A stretch of DNA of 62,603 bases, filler included, from 9 parts of 9 records of this genome joined end to end with filler, not necessarily neighbours in it, one strand, 5' to 3'; positions 9,505-20,859 are shown, counted from the whole stretch's first letter. Made by a program: numbers and translations. Notes: generated by a model not told the origin, from the letters alone.

Positions 9505-9625
9505 GATCCTTGACCTTGCCGTCGACCGGCTCGGTGGCCGATTTGAAAAGCGCGTCCGTGTCCACGCTGGTCTCGTGATGCTCGTGAGTATGGTCGTTGC
9601 CGTGGTCGTGATGTGAATGTTGCAT
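9505..9625 (-). CDS. N-terminus of a His-rich heavy-metal (likely Cu) P-type ATPase or YHS-domain protein (truncated; not in ORF track)
   Basis: Manual translation MQHSHHDHGNDHTHEHHETSVDTDALFKSATEPVDGKVKD; SD AAGGA; ends where a KDPVCGM motif would begin; CueR-type promoter upstream. Confidence 0.65.
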
Positions 9626-9652
9626 GGCGCCAATCCTTTTCGAATTGAAGCG

Positions 9653-9683
9653 ACCGTAATCCTTCCAGTCAATGGAAGGTCAA
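9653..9683 (-). promoter_or_regulatory. CueR-type (MerR family) promoter/operator
   Basis: -35 TTGACC, 19-bp spacer, -10 TACGGT; dyad ACCTTCC-attgact-GGAAGGA matches ACCTTCC-N7-GGAAGGT at 13/14. Confidence 0.85.
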
Positions 9684-9843
9684 GCGGCAATTCCCGGCCT
9701 CTCGACAGGGAGCCGGCAACAGCCCGGCGCGACCGATCATCGGGACGTCTCGTTGCCGAAAGTTCACGCCTATTGCCAAAGCCATCGGGGTCACAGGCAA
9801 GAACATTACCATATTTCCGGCTGATGGCCGAGGTGCTTGCCGG

Positions 9844-10089
9844 CTATTTCAGTTTCGCGGCCAGATAGTCGGCGGCCTTCGCCGGCGTCTCGATCTGGAC
9901 GTAATCATCCTCCGGGATGTCGATCCCGAGCCTGTGGTGAAGCGCCGCCACGAGGTTGAGCACGTCCATGGAATCAAGCTCCAGATCATCCTGCAGCTGG
10001 TCATCCTTGTTGATCGTGCCGGCATCGAGGTCGGGGGCAACATTGACCAGTTCTTCGATGAAAAGGGCATAGAGCGTATCGCGGTTCAT
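9844..10089 (-). CDS. Acyl carrier protein
   Basis: 81 aa, acidic, LELDSMD phosphopantetheine motif, LGIDIPEDD; ATGA overlap with E2 gene. Confidence 0.9.
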   Translation of the reverse strand: MNRDTLYALFIEELVNVAPDLDAGTINKDDQLQDDLELDSMDVLNLVAALHHRLGIDIPEDDYVQIETPAKAADYLAAKLK

Positions 10090-11438
10090 AGGGCCTCCGG
10101 GGCTTGCAGCAGCTTGTCGATCTCGGTGAGGAAGCGGGCGCCGCGCCGGCCGTCGCTGGTCCGGTGGTCGGCGGCAAGGGTGACGGCCACGACCTGGCGG
10201 ATCCGGACTTCGTCGCCCACGACCCGGGGTACGGGACGCGGCGTTCCGAAGGTGACGAGCGCCACCTGCGGCGGATAGATCACACCGGTCATCTGATCGA
10301 CACCGCGCTCGCCAAGGCTGGAGATGGTGATCGTACCGCTGGTCATCTCCGACGAGCGCAGCCGCCCCGCGCGGGCACGGGCAACCAGGTCGCGCATGGC
10401 GGCCATGACTTCGGCCAGGGTCTTTCCGTCCGTTGCCGCGATTGCCGGGGCCACCAGACCGCCGCCGCGCAAGGCAACCGCAACACCGGCATTGACCGTT
10501 TCGGAGGGGACATAGGCACCCTCTTCGAAATGGCCGTTGAGGCCATCGACCGCCTTTGCCGCCAGGGCCGTGGCCTTGACGAAAAGCGCGCCCATCAGCA
10601 GCCGGTCAGCCGGCGCCACATCGGCGTTCTTCTGCGTGAGCCAGTCCGTCGCCCGCTGCAGGTCCAGCTCGTGGGTCATGTAGTAGTGCGGGATTTCCCG
10701 CTTCGACCGGGTCATCGCCGCGGCGATGCCCTGGCGCATCGCCTCGATGTCAAAACCTCGGGTCGGTTTGGCCTGCGCCGCACGGGGGGCGGCGACATCG
10801 ACCGTGCCGCCGGCGGCACGCTCGACATCGGCGAGGACAATCGCCCCGCCCGGCCATGACCCGGTGACACCGGCAAGATCGATCCCCTTCTCAGCCGCCA
10901 GGGCGCGCGCGGCGGGCGATGCGGCCACGCGGCCCGAAGCAACGACGGCGGCCGCCTTGACGGCTGGCGCGGGCGGGGCCGGTGCGGCCGGCGGTTCAGG
11001 CACGGCGGCGGGAGGCATGGCGGCGGGAGGCATGGCCGGCGCCGGCTCCTCGGTTTCCGCGACCTTGGGTTCGGGTTGTGGTTGGGGTTCGGGTTCAGGC
11101 TTGGCGTCGGCGGGTTCCGGCTCAGCCGGCTCCGCTTGCCGGGCGGCGGCCGGTGCTGGCGCCGGTTTCAGCTCCGGTTTACGCTCCGGCGCGGGTGCCG
11201 ATGCGCCGTCACCGATCAAGGCCAGCGCCGCGCCGACGGGAAGAGTGGCGCCCAGTTCGGCCTCGAGCGACTGCACGATCCCGTCCTCGAAGATCTCGAT
11301 CTCGATGGCGCCCTTCTGGGTCTCGACCACGGCGACCACGTCACCGCGATGGACCGCATCGCCGGGCTTGACCAGCCATTCGACGAGCTTGCCGTCTTCC
11401 ATGTCGGCGCCGAGGGAGGGCATGACGAAGACGCTCAT
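10086..11438 (-). CDS. 2-oxoacid dehydrogenase E2 (dihydrolipoamide acyltransferase); true start 11438
   Basis: Lipoyl domain [18 protein letters not shown], Pro/Ala linker, binding domain [17 protein letters not shown], catalytic DHRTSDG; TGATG overlap with E1. Confidence 0.92.
   Translation of the reverse strand: MSVFVMPSLGADMEDGKLVEWLVKPGDAVHRGDVVAVVETQKGAIEIEIFEDGIVQSLEAELGATLPVGAALALIGDGASAPAPERKPELKPAPAPAAARQAEPAEPEPADAKPEPEPQPQPEPKVAETEEPAPAMPPAAMPPAAVPEPPAAPAPPAPAVKAAAVVASGRVAASPAARALAAEKGIDLAGVTGSWPGGAIVLADVERAAGGTVDVAAPRAAQAKPTRGFDIEAMRQGIAAAMTRSKREIPHYYMTHELDLQRATDWLTQKNADVAPADRLLMGALFVKATALAAKAVDGLNGHFEEGAYVPSETVNAGVAVALRGGGLVAPAIAATDGKTLAEVMAAMRDLVARARAGRLRSSEMTSGTITISSLGERGVDQMTGVIYPPQVALVTFGTPRPVPRVVGDEVRIRQVVAVTLAADHRTSDGRRGARFLTEIDKLLQAPEAL
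11004..11036. repeat. 15-bp tandem duplication in E2 linker (AMPPA x2)
   Basis: GGCGGCGGGAGGCAT twice in tandem. Confidence 0.8.
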
Positions 11439-13440
11439 CAGCTCTTGCCCCTGCCCATCGCGGCACGGGCCGCGGCAACGATGTCGGCGACCTGCGGGAT
11501 CGAGGCGGCTTCGAGATGGCTCGGATAGGGGATCGGCACTTCCTTGGCGCAGACCCGGCCCAGCGGCGCGTCGAGATGCCAGAAGGCCTGCTCGTTGATC
11601 CGGGCGATGATCTCGGCGGAGATCGAGCCGCTGCGCCATCCCTCGTCGACCACCACCGCCCTGCGGGTGCGGGCAATCGAGGCCATGATGGTGGCGTCGT
11701 CCAGCGGCCTGAGGCTGCGCAGGTCGATCACTTCGGCCTCGATGCCCTCTTTGCTCAGCGCCTCGGCTGCTTCCAGCGTCTTCCACAGCGAGCCGCCATA
11801 GGTGATCAGGCTCACATCCCTGCCCTTGCGCCGGATTGCGGCACGGTCGATATCGACCGGTCCCGCCGCCTCGTCGAGCCGGCCTGTCATGTTGTAGAGC
11901 ATGACGTTTTCGAAGATCAGCACCGGATCGGGGTCCTGCAGGGCGGTCCAGAGCATGCCCCTGGCATCCTCGACCGTTGCGGGGGCCAAGACCCGGAGGC
12001 CCGGAATATGGGCGTACCAGCCCTCAAGGCTGTGCGAGTGCTGGGCCGCGAGCTGCTTGCCCGCTCCGGTCGCCATGCGGATCACCAGCGGCACGCCGAA
12101 CTGGCCGCCCGACATGTGGCGGATGGTGGCGGCGGTGTTCATGATCTGGTCAAGCGCCAGCAGCGAGAAGTTGACCGTCATCAACTCGACGATGGGCCTC
12201 ATGCCCGCGGACGCGGCGCCGATGCCAAAACCGGTGAAGCCCGATTCCGACAGCGGCGTGTCGCGGATGCGGGTCTCGCCGAATTCCGCCATCAGGCCCT
12301 TGGTCACGGCATAGCAGCCGCCATAGGCGCCGACATCCTCGCCCATCAGGAACACGCGCTCGTCGCGGATCATGGCGTCGCGGATCGCCTGCTTGACGGC
12401 TTCGCGGTAGGTGATCTCCTGGGTCCTGCCCGAGGGCGCGGCCGGGACCGGCGCCGGCGCCGGTTCATCCGAGACGACATGACGGGTCAGCGTCTCAAGC
12501 GGCTCCCAGGTTCCGGCCTCGGCGAAGGCCACGGCCTCGGATATCTCGGCATCGACTTCAGCCTCGATGCGGGCGATGTCGCTGTCCTTGAGAAGGTGGT
12601 TTTCAAGCAGCCATCCCTGGAAGCGTACGATCGGCCCCTTGGCCCGAAACTTCGCGATCTCCTCCTTGTCGCGGTAGAGCTGCGCGTCGAACATCGAATG
12701 GGCGCGGAACCGGTAGGTGCAGCACTCGAGAAAATAGGGCCTGCCGGTCTCGCGAATGCTGGCGATGGCGCGGCGGGCGGCGGCCTCGACCGCGACCACA
12801 TCCTGGCCGTCGACAACTTCCGACGCGATGCCGTAGGCGGCCGCCTTGGCATGGATATCGGTCTCCGATTCGGTGCGCGCCAGGGCGCTTCCCATGGCAT
12901 AGCCATTGTTCTCGCAGACAAACAGCGCCGGGACGTCCCACAGTTCGGCGAGATTCATGGTCTCGTGGAACTCGCCCTCGGCCACGGCCCCTTCGCCGAA
13001 GAAGCACACCGTGACGCCATCGGCGCCCGAAAGCTTGTCGCCGAGCGCCAGGCCTCCGGCCAGCGGCAGGCCGCCGCCGACAATGGCGTTGCCGCCGAAG
13101 AAATTGGACGGCGCATGGAACAGGTGCATGGAGCCGCCACGGCCGCCCGAGCAACCCTCGGCCTTGCCGTACATCTCGGCCATGACCTGAGGCATCGGCA
13201 CACCGCGGGCCAGCGCATGGCCATGTTCGCGGTAGGTGGCGACGATCCGGTCGTTTTCGCCGAGAACGGAGATCACTCCCATGGCGATCGCCTCCTCGCC
13301 GTCATAGAGATGCAGGAAGCCGCGGATCTTCTGCTGGGTGTAGAGCTCGGCGCACTTGTCCTCGAAACGGCGGATGCGGATCATGCCCTTGAGCAGCTCT
13401 GTGACATGGGCGTGGGTCAAATGGGTCTTTTCGGCCTTGG

Positions 13441-13444
<4 letters not shown>
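11438..13444 (-). CDS. Fused pyruvate dehydrogenase-like E1 alpha+beta
   Basis: Alpha: [20 protein letters not shown], ThDP motif [17 protein letters not shown]; beta: [29 protein letters not shown], in one 668-aa ORF. Confidence 0.93.
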
Positions 13445-14107
<663 letters not shown>

Positions 14108-14207
14108 NNNNNNNNNNNNNNNNNNNNNNNNNNNNNNNNNNNNNNNNNNNNTTAATTAATTAANNNNNNNNNNNNNNNNNNNNNNNNNNNNNNNNNNNNN
14201 NNNNNNN
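14108..14207. other. Artificial contig linker
   Basis: N-run + TTAATTAATTAA + N-run. Confidence 0.98.
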
Positions 14208-15137
14208 CGATACCTGCGGTGTTTCCGTGATCCGGATTGTCAGATTGCCCTGGGCGATCGCGACCGTGCTGATCCGCACATTCTCGCCCATCACGATAAT
14301 GCCCGTGGTCTCGTTGATCACGACCTTCGCGGCAATATCTGGGGTCACGCGCAGCTGTTCCACGTCGGTGATAAGGGCAACGGCATTGCCCCGGTAATTT
14401 TCGGGAACGATCATCCGGACCGAGGCGAGATCGTTCGCCTGGGAGATCGGCAAACCGATAAAGGCGTTGATGGCCTGGGAGATTCTGCGCGCCGTCGTGA
14501 AATCCGGATTCTTGAGAGCGATTGTGACGGTTTCCATGCTCTTCATCGAGAAGGAGATTTCCCGCTCGATGATCGCACCATTGGCGATCCGGCCGTTGGT
14601 TGGCACACCTTGCGTCACGGTCTGCCCGTCACCAGCGGCAGAAATTGCCCCTGTCGCGATTGGCCCCTGGGCGACGGCATAAACTTCCCCGTCCGCACCA
14701 ACCAGCGGGGTCACCAGCAAGGTGCCACCCAAGAGATCTTCGGCATCGCCGATGGCGGAGATGGAGACATCAATACGGCTGCCCTGCTTGGAGAAGGGGG
14801 GCAGGGTCGCTGTCACCATGACGGCGGCGACATTGTCTGTATCGAGATTGTCGTCGCGGGCATTGACGCCGAGACGTTCGAGCATGCCGACAAGGCTTTC
14901 CCGGGTGAAGATTGCGCTGTCGAGCGCATCGCCGGTACCGTTCAGGCCGACCACAAGGCCGTAACCGACCAGTATGTTTTCCCGAACGCCTTCGAAATCG
15001 ACGATGTCCTTGATGCGGGTCTGGCCATGCGCATGCTGCACCGGCGCGACAATCATCAAAGCTGCCGTGGCCAGAAGGCCAAGGATTGAGCTTATGAAAA
15101 GCGATGAGCGGGTCTTTTTGATTTCTTGGGGCCGCAT
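14208..15137 (-). CDS. flgI: Flagellar P-ring protein FlgI (3'-truncated; start 15137)
   Basis: Signal peptide then RIKDI..GVREN.LVGYGLVVGLNGTGD, NVAAVMVTATLPPF, PDFTTA. Confidence 0.97.
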
Positions 15138-15195
15138 CTCTATCGGTTCCTCGTGTTCTCGTGGGCCGCTTCCGGACCCTAGTCGATAGGCATTA

Positions 15196-15212
15196 TGCGA
15201 ATATCGTGCCAA
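15196..15212 (-). promoter_or_regulatory. Sigma-54 promoter of flgI
   Basis: TTGGCAC-GATAT-TCGCA with correct GG-N10-GC spacing, about 60 nt upstream of the start. Confidence 0.75.
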
Positions 15213-15357
15213 TCGTTGCGTGATGCTGGGCCGGACCTTCCGCCATGGCTATGTGACGGCTTCGCATCGGGTGAACAGGCTGAAACCGTGAGGCTTTATT
15301 CGCTATGACGCTGTCTTAACGATAGTGTATGACTCGGGAACAGGTAGGGTTTGCAGT

Positions 15358-15780
15358 ATGAAAATAGATCCATCACGCCGCGTCAGTACCCCCGCCACCC
15401 GCAAAACCTCCAAGTCGGGCGGTGCAAGTGGGACACAATTTTCCGGTCTTCTGGACGGTGCCGGGGAAAGTACGTCCGCGCAGGGCGGTAGCCCCGCTAT
15501 GTCCGTCGACGGGCTTCTTGCCGTTCAGGAAGCAAACGCTGATGGCCGGGGCCGGGGAAAGCAGGGCGCGGAACGCGGAGAAGACCTGTTGTCCCGGCTG
15601 GAGCGGATTCGCGATGGCCTTCTTATGGGCGCAATCCCGGAATCTGAATTGCGCTCACTTGCAACCAGTATCAGCACGACGCGAGAGCGAAATTTCACCG
15701 ACCCCCGGCTGGGCGAAATACTGGATGAAATCGAGCTTCGGGCGCGGGTCGAACTTGCAAAACTCGGCACTTTTTTGTGA
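15358..15780 (+). CDS. fliX: Flagellar assembly regulator FliX
   Basis: DGLLAVQE, RGEDLLSRLE, LDEIELRARVELAK; divergent from flgI as in Caulobacter. Confidence 0.88.
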   Translation: MKIDPSRRVSTPATRKTSKSGGASGTQFSGLLDGAGESTSAQGGSPAMSVDGLLAVQEANADGRGRGKQGAERGEDLLSRLERIRDGLLMGAIPESELRSLATSISTTRERNFTDPRLGEILDEIELRARVELAKLGTFL

Positions 15781-15956
15781 TTTGGCGTCCTGGTTTTAGA
15801 TTTTTTCAGTTATTTCAATGATTTGTGCGTTTAAAAAGTCGCGCGCTTAATCTGAAAACAGAGGGTTGAAACCTAGTGGGGGCCGGACATATACTCCGGC
15901 CGCTCGAAAAGGGCAGAAAGCTTGCCTTTCATCAGCCTTTGTCGTGGAGGACCGGG

Positions 15957-16373
15957 ATGAGCGTCACTTTGCCGCCGGACTATACGCCGTCGGAAGACGA
16001 AGAGTTTATGAATTCAAAGCAGCAGGAATATTTCCGGCAAAAGCTGCTGAAGTGGCGGGCTGAGCTTCTGCACGAAGCGAACGAGACGCTGAGCCACTTG
16101 ACCCAGGAAAATCTGCAGAAGCCAGATATGGCTGATCGCGCCTCGCTTGAGACGGATCATCAGATCGAACTGCGAACCCGGGATCGTGAACGTAAGCTGA
16201 TCAGCAAGATCGATGCGGCGATTCAGCGAATCGAGGACGGCAATTACGGATATTGCGAAGAGACGGATGAGCCGATCGGCTTGCGGCGTCTTGAAGCACG
16301 CCCGATTGCGACTTTGAGCCTTGAGGCTCAGGAGCGTCATGAGCGCCTTGAACGGACACATCGCGACGACTGA
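15957..16373 (+). CDS. dksA: RNA polymerase-binding protein DksA (one-Cys type)
   Basis: DEEFMN..YFRQKL, DMADRA coiled-coil tip, YGYCEETDEPIG..RLEARP.ATLSLEAQ. Confidence 0.95.
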   Translation: MSVTLPPDYTPSEDEEFMNSKQQEYFRQKLLKWRAELLHEANETLSHLTQENLQKPDMADRASLETDHQIELRTRDRERKLISKIDAAIQRIEDGNYGYCEETDEPIGLRRLEARPIATLSLEAQERHERLERTHRDD

Positions 16374-16399
16374 TTGCGATTCATCCGTATGACATCATA

Positions 16400-16435
16400 A
16401 AAAACGGGCCGTTCCTTTTGGAGAGGCCCGTTTTT
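16400..16435 (+). terminator. Intrinsic terminator after dksA (possibly bidirectional)
   Basis: AAAAACGGGCC...GGCCCGTTTTT. Confidence 0.75.
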
Positions 16436-16479
16436 GTTTTGCTTATGTCACTGGCGTGATCGATGCGCGATCAGAATAG

Positions 16480-16508
16480 AACCGGGCGGTAAATTTTACC
16501 GCCCGGTT
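16480..16508 (-). terminator. Hairpin after flgH
   Basis: AACCGGGCGGTAA / TTACCGCCCGGTT inverted repeat. Confidence 0.6.
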
Positions 16509-16516
16509 TTGTTGGA

Positions 16517-17281
16517 TCAGAAGGGCATCAGGATTTCGAGAGCCTGGGCACCGTAGCGCTGCTGCTGCAGATCGGAAATCTGGCCGCGGCCACCATAAGC
16601 GATGCGGGCTTCCGCCATTTCGTCATAACTGACGGTGTTCTCTGCCGTGATGTCTGCTGCCCGGATTACGCCACCGACAACAATCTCGCGCACTTCCATG
16701 TTGACCCGAACTTCCTGGCGGCCGAACAGCACCATATTCCCGTTCGGCAGCTGCTGCGTAACCACGGCGGCAACGCGCAGGCTGATGGTCTCGTTCCGGT
16801 CAATCCGGCCACGGCCGTCATTCGTCATGCTTGAGTCCAGATCCACAAGACCTGCCCCCGTGGTCCCTTCGGCGAAAACGTCGCTCAGCAGGGATTCGGC
16901 TCCGAACAATCCGTTCAGGCCCAGGCCATCCGAATGTGTGCGGTCATGCCGGGTGCGGTTATCGATCGCTGCTTCGTCCGCGATCTCGACAACCACCGTG
17001 ATGATGTCGCCGACCTGGCTGGCGCGCTGATCTTCGAAGAAAGCGCGGGAGCCTTCAACCCAGAGCGAGTTGGCCTGCCGGGTGGCTGTTACCGGGGCCG
17101 GCATCGGCATGGAAACCGGCCGGTAGTTACTCGCCTGCGTCGGGTTCTGAATTGCAGAGAGTTCCGGGGTTTTGCCGATGTCTGCAAGACGTTGGAAGAC
17201 GTTGCAGGCACTCACAGACATGCCAACCAGGGCAACAGCTGTGAGGCGGGAGAGCAGAGCGGGGAGGGACTTGTTTTTCAT
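16517..17281 (-). CDS. flgH: Flagellar L-ring lipoprotein FlgH
   Basis: Lipobox VSAC, NSLW..FFEDQRASQVGDIITV, LPNGN, AEARIAYGGRG. Confidence 0.97.
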   Translation of the reverse strand: MKNKSLPALLSRLTAVALVGMSVSACNVFQRLADIGKTPELSAIQNPTQASNYRPVSMPMPAPVTATRQANSLWVEGSRAFFEDQRASQVGDIITVVVEIADEAAIDNRTRHDRTHSDGLGLNGLFGAESLLSDVFAEGTTGAGLVDLDSSMTNDGRGRIDRNETISLRVAAVVTQQLPNGNMVLFGRQEVRVNMEVREIVVGGVIRAADITAENTVSYDEMAEARIAYGGRGQISDLQQQRYGAQALEILMPF

Positions 17282-17307
17282 TGTTCCGGTTCCTTTGAAA
17301 GGAGTGC

Positions 17308-18294
17308 CTAGTTCATCGCAAGACGCGGGCCAGCCACGGAGACGATGCCGGACTGGGTGATCGAGCCGACAACGGTCTTGCCGCTGGAAAGGTTCTTCAC
17401 GCGGATGGTGTCTTTCAGGGCGCCGTTCTCGAGGGCTTGGCCGCGCAGTGTCAGCGTCATGAAGGAGGTTCTGAAGACCATGGTCACCAGATCGCCCTTG
17501 TGGATCAGTTCGATCGGCTTCACATCGGTGCGCCGGATCACGCGGCCTGCGGTGATCGGGCGGCGGGCGCTCATGCCGATGAGCTGGTCGGCAGAAGTTA
17601 CCGTGTTGTAGTTGCTTCGGCGGGCACGCATTGCCGTCCAGACGATGTCGCTGGCATGGATCGTCTCGCCTGGAGCGGTATGCTTGCTCAGGACCGGAAC
17701 CTCGATAACCGGGTAGACTGCGCCCTGGGTCTGGGCGCGGATGATCTTGCCGTTACCGATCGGCACGGAGATAGAGGCCGCGAAACGCTGGTTCTGGCTG
17801 TTGTAGTCGATGGTATCGACCGAGATTTCCGGCGTCATGCCTGCCGGGATCATCAATGTCAGCCGGCGGTTGGTCAGTTCCACATCAATGTTATCGGCAA
17901 CATAATCCCGTTGCAGACGGTCTGTGATGGCTTCCCGGATCAGCTGCAGTGGTACCGCCCGGCCTTCACGTTGGACCGTGACACGTACACGATTGTGCTG
18001 CGGTGCCCAGTCAAGGTCGTGGACCGCTGCCAGTTTTTGCAGCGTGCCAAGCCGGACGACCATGTTCTCGCCAGGGAGCGGGGCATCGCCGACGCGAGCA
18101 TCCTTTCCGGCCGGCAGGCCGATGAAAAGATCGCTCAGCATCAACGAGTCGCTGTCGAGCATGACGGTCTCATTCGCAAAGAGCGGTGTGCCCTGGGTCC
18201 CGTTCGCCGCCACCGGCTGCGGGGTGCCGAGGGCAATCCCGAATAGCGCGGCGGCCGTGATGAGCGTCAGTGACTTCAGCATTTTGCGTGTCAT
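17308..18294 (-). CDS. flgA: P-ring formation chaperone FlgA
   Basis: Signal peptide, SAF-like domain, GQALENG..IRVKNLSSGK; between flgG and flgH. Confidence 0.9.
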   Translation of the reverse strand: MTRKMLKSLTLITAAALFGIALGTPQPVAANGTQGTPLFANETVMLDSDSLMLSDLFIGLPAGKDARVGDAPLPGENMVVRLGTLQKLAAVHDLDWAPQHNRVRVTVQREGRAVPLQLIREAITDRLQRDYVADNIDVELTNRRLTLMIPAGMTPEISVDTIDYNSQNQRFAASISVPIGNGKIIRAQTQGAVYPVIEVPVLSKHTAPGETIHASDIVWTAMRARRSNYNTVTSADQLIGMSARRPITAGRVIRRTDVKPIELIHKGDLVTMVFRTSFMTLTLRGQALENGALKDTIRVKNLSSGKTVVGSITQSGIVSVAGPRLAMN

Positions 18295-18328
18295 GTCGTT
18301 ACTCCCTGGTTTCCGGGTTCAGGCCGCA

Positions 18329-19114
18329 TTAGCGAACCTGATTGACCGTGGCCATCATCTGATCCGAGGTCTCGATGACCTTCGAATTCAATTCGTAAGC
18401 GCGCTGGGCCGTGATCAGGTCGGTGATTTCCTGAACCGGATCCACGTTCGAGGATTCGATGTAGCCCTGGAACAAACCACCGAAACCGGCGGTTTCCGGG
18501 GTTGCTGTGCTTGGCGCACCGGAAGCCTCGGTTTCGAGCAGCAGGTTGTTACCCGCATGCTCAAGGCCGGCATCGTTCTGGAATGTCGCCAACTGGATCT
18601 GGCCGACATTCGATTCCGCCGTCTGGCCGTCCAGTTTCACAAGGACCTGGCCGGACTGGTTGATCGTCACGCCGATGGCGCCGGCCGGAACGGTGATGCC
18701 CGGCTGCACGGTGTAGCCGTCAGCGGTCACCAGCTCGCCGGTCTGGCTCACCTGGAAGGAGCCATCACGGGTATATGCCGTCTCACCGTCCGGAAGCTGG
18801 ACCTGGAAGTAACCGTTGCCCCGGATGGCCAGATCGAACTGGTTATCCGTGAGGATCAGGGAGCCCTGCTCGTTGACCCGGTAGGTGGCGGCGGTACGTA
18901 CACCGACACCAAGCTGGATACCGGACGGGACAATCGTGCCCGCATCCGAGGAGTTAGAGCCAACCCGCCGCAGATCTTGATACAGCAGGTCCTGGAACTG
19001 GGCCCGGTGCCGCTTGAAGGCGGTGGTGTTCATGTTGGCGATGTTGTTGGAGATGACCTCGACGTTGGTCTGCTGAGCCAGCATGCCGGTGGAGGCGATG
19101 TTCAAAGATTGCAT
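18329..19114 (-). CDS. flgG: Distal rod protein FlgG
   Basis: IASTGMLAQQ, SNNIANMNT, YTRDGSF, ESSNVD, LITAQRAYELNSKVI. Confidence 0.98.
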   Translation of the reverse strand: MQSLNIASTGMLAQQTNVEVISNNIANMNTTAFKRHRAQFQDLLYQDLRRVGSNSSDAGTIVPSGIQLGVGVRTAATYRVNEQGSLILTDNQFDLAIRGNGYFQVQLPDGETAYTRDGSFQVSQTGELVTADGYTVQPGITVPAGAIGVTINQSGQVLVKLDGQTAESNVGQIQLATFQNDAGLEHAGNNLLLETEASGAPSTATPETAGFGGLFQGYIESSNVDPVQEITDLITAQRAYELNSKVIETSDQMMATVNQVR

Positions 19115-19138
19115 GGTTTTCTTCCTTCTTCCGGCAAA

Positions 19139-19864
19139 TTAAGCGGCTGTAGCGGTGCCGAGTTTACGGACCGAGGTGCGAAGTCTTTCAGCTTCCTGGT
19201 CCAACATATTCTTCACGCCTTCGTAGCTGCGTTGGATGTCGATCATCCGTGTCAGCTCCGTGATCGCGGAAACGTTCGATGTCTCAAGGTGGCCCTGGAG
19301 TAATTTTGAGTTTTCGGAAGGCCTGGGCTGTTCCGTCGTCTCAAAGGTGCTGCCGCCTCGCTTGTGCATCCGGGGCAGATCGTCAAACTCGACGATCTTC
19401 AGATTGCCGAGCACTTCCGGTCCGGCGCTGATGGTACCGTCGTTTGAGATTTCGATCTTGCGGCCGTCCTGCGGGATGAAGATCGGGTTGTCGTTCAGGT
19501 CCATGACCAGCTCGCCATTGCCGGTGACCAGCTGGTTATCCGGGTCGAGCTTGAAGTTGCCATTACGCGTGTACATCTGCTCCCGGCCGTTATCGACCGT
19601 GAAGAAGCCGGGGCCTTCGATGGCGACATCGAACGTGTTCTGCGTCGGCTGAAGCGTGCCGGGCTGATGGATGACGATGGTTCCGTGGTCGATCACGAAA
19701 TCCAGTTTTTCGTCCATCTTGGTGTCTGTTTCATAAGGCGAGTAGAGAGCGATTTCCCGCTTGAAGGCGGCGGTGCTTGAGTTCGCGATGTTGTTGGCGA
19801 CCAAAGACAGCTCGCGCCGAAGGGCGGATTGCCGGGAGAGCCCGATATAGATCGCATTTTCCAT
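19139..19864 (-). CDS. flgF: Proximal rod protein FlgF (start 19864)
   Basis: MENAIYIGLSRQ, ANNIANSST, YTRNGNF, LETSNV. Confidence 0.95.
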   Translation of the reverse strand: MENAIYIGLSRQSALRRELSLVANNIANSSTAAFKREIALYSPYETDTKMDEKLDFVIDHGTIVIHQPGTLQPTQNTFDVAIEGPGFFTVDNGREQMYTRNGNFKLDPDNQLVTGNGELVMDLNDNPIFIPQDGRKIEISNDGTISAGPEVLGNLKIVEFDDLPRMHKRGGSTFETTEQPRPSENSKLLQGHLETSNVSAITELTRMIDIQRSYEGVKNMLDQEAERLRTSVRKLGTATAA

Positions 19865-19923
19865 GACGATAATTCCCAACCAGTGTCAAAATCGCCGCTT
19901 TCTACGGCCGTTGCCGACTACTA

Positions 19924-19940
19924 AGCAGGTTTCATGCCAG
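19924..19940 (-). promoter_or_regulatory. Sigma-54 promoter of flgFGAH
   Basis: CTGGCAT-GAAAC-CTGCT with GG-N10-GC spacing. Confidence 0.75.
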
Positions 19941-19956
19941 TTAGAAAAATATGAAA

Positions 19957-19969
19957 AATCAAATGCTTG
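19957..19969 (+). promoter_or_regulatory. IHF site
   Basis: AATCAAATGCTTG = WATCAANNNNTTR, just upstream of the sigma-54 promoter. Confidence 0.65.
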
Positions 19970-20032
19970 GGTTTCACTGTAACGGGCGCTGGGTCGGGCG
20001 CGGGCTCCCTGAATGGCACGTCGGGCCAGGGG

Positions 20033-20049
20033 TGGAAGCTTTTGCCGGG
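20033..20049 (-). promoter_or_regulatory. Candidate FlbD enhancer (ftr-like)
   Basis: CCCGGCAAAAGCTTCCA about 100 bp upstream of the sigma-54 promoter; resembles Caulobacter ftr elements. Confidence 0.4.
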
Positions 20050-20319
20050 CGATGTTTTGGAGCGGAGCGGCCTCGCATACGGCATCTCAAGTCTTGTGCG
20101 CATGCGTCTTTAGAGTCTGGGTTCGCTCATTTCGCGAAGTTTATGATAAATATGGAGAATTAGTGGGCTATATGCTTTACTCTTTAACCGTGTCCGGTTG
20201 CCGATACTGGGACTGCGTGCATTATTTAATAAGCGCGCCGGTCGGGTCAGACTGAATGCGCTTTGCCATATTCAGCCCTTTTCGGGCTGTTGAGATGGGT
20301 TTGGAACAGGACGGAACGC

Positions 20320-20859
20320 ATGGCCGAGGAAGGCGAAGTCGTTGAGGACGGTGGTGACGCGGGTGAAGAAGAGAGCAGTCGTAAGCTAAGTCCCAAGAAA
20401 ATCATCCTGTTTGTATTGCTGCCTCTGTTGCTCCTCGTCGGAGTTGGGGCGGGGGCGGCGATCATGCTTGGCATGCTGGGCGGTGAAGAGCCTCCTTCTG
20501 AAGTCGAGGCTGGAGCGGAACACCAGGAAGTGGTGGAAGAGAAGCCTTCTGCCCAGGCGATTTTCTTCGAGGTGCCCGACCTTATCGTCAATCTGAATAC
20601 GAACAGTCGCAAAACGGCATTCCTGAAGATTAAAATCGCGCTGGAAGTCAGCGATCCGGCGGATGTGGATGTCGTTAATCAGAACTTGCCGCGTATCGTG
20701 GACAATTTTCAGGTATATTTACGTGAGCTTCGCGTGGACGACCTGCAAGGCTCCGCCGGCATGTATCGCTTGCGCGAGGAATTGCTCCGGCGTGTGAACC
20801 TCGCGGTTCGCCCGGCGCGGGTGAAAGACGTGCTGTTCAAGGAAATGCTGGTTCAGTGA
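20320..20859 (+). CDS. fliL: Flagellar basal body protein FliL (start 20320)
   Basis: KK + TM helix, LIVNL, PRIVDNFQVYLREL, LQGSAGMYRLREEL, DVLFKEMLVQ. Confidence 0.95.
   Translation: MAEEGEVVEDGGDAGEEESSRKLSPKKIILFVLLPLLLLVGVGAGAAIMLGMLGGEEPPSEVEAGAEHQEVVEEKPSAQAIFFEVPDLIVNLNTNSRKTAFLKIKIALEVSDPADVDVVNQNLPRIVDNFQVYLRELRVDDLQGSAGMYRLREELLRRVNLAVRPARVKDVLFKEMLVQ

Noticed and set aside
11439-11786. N-terminal extension of the 566-aa E2 ORF
   Set aside because: Overlaps E1 in another frame; the lipoyl domain starts at 11438.
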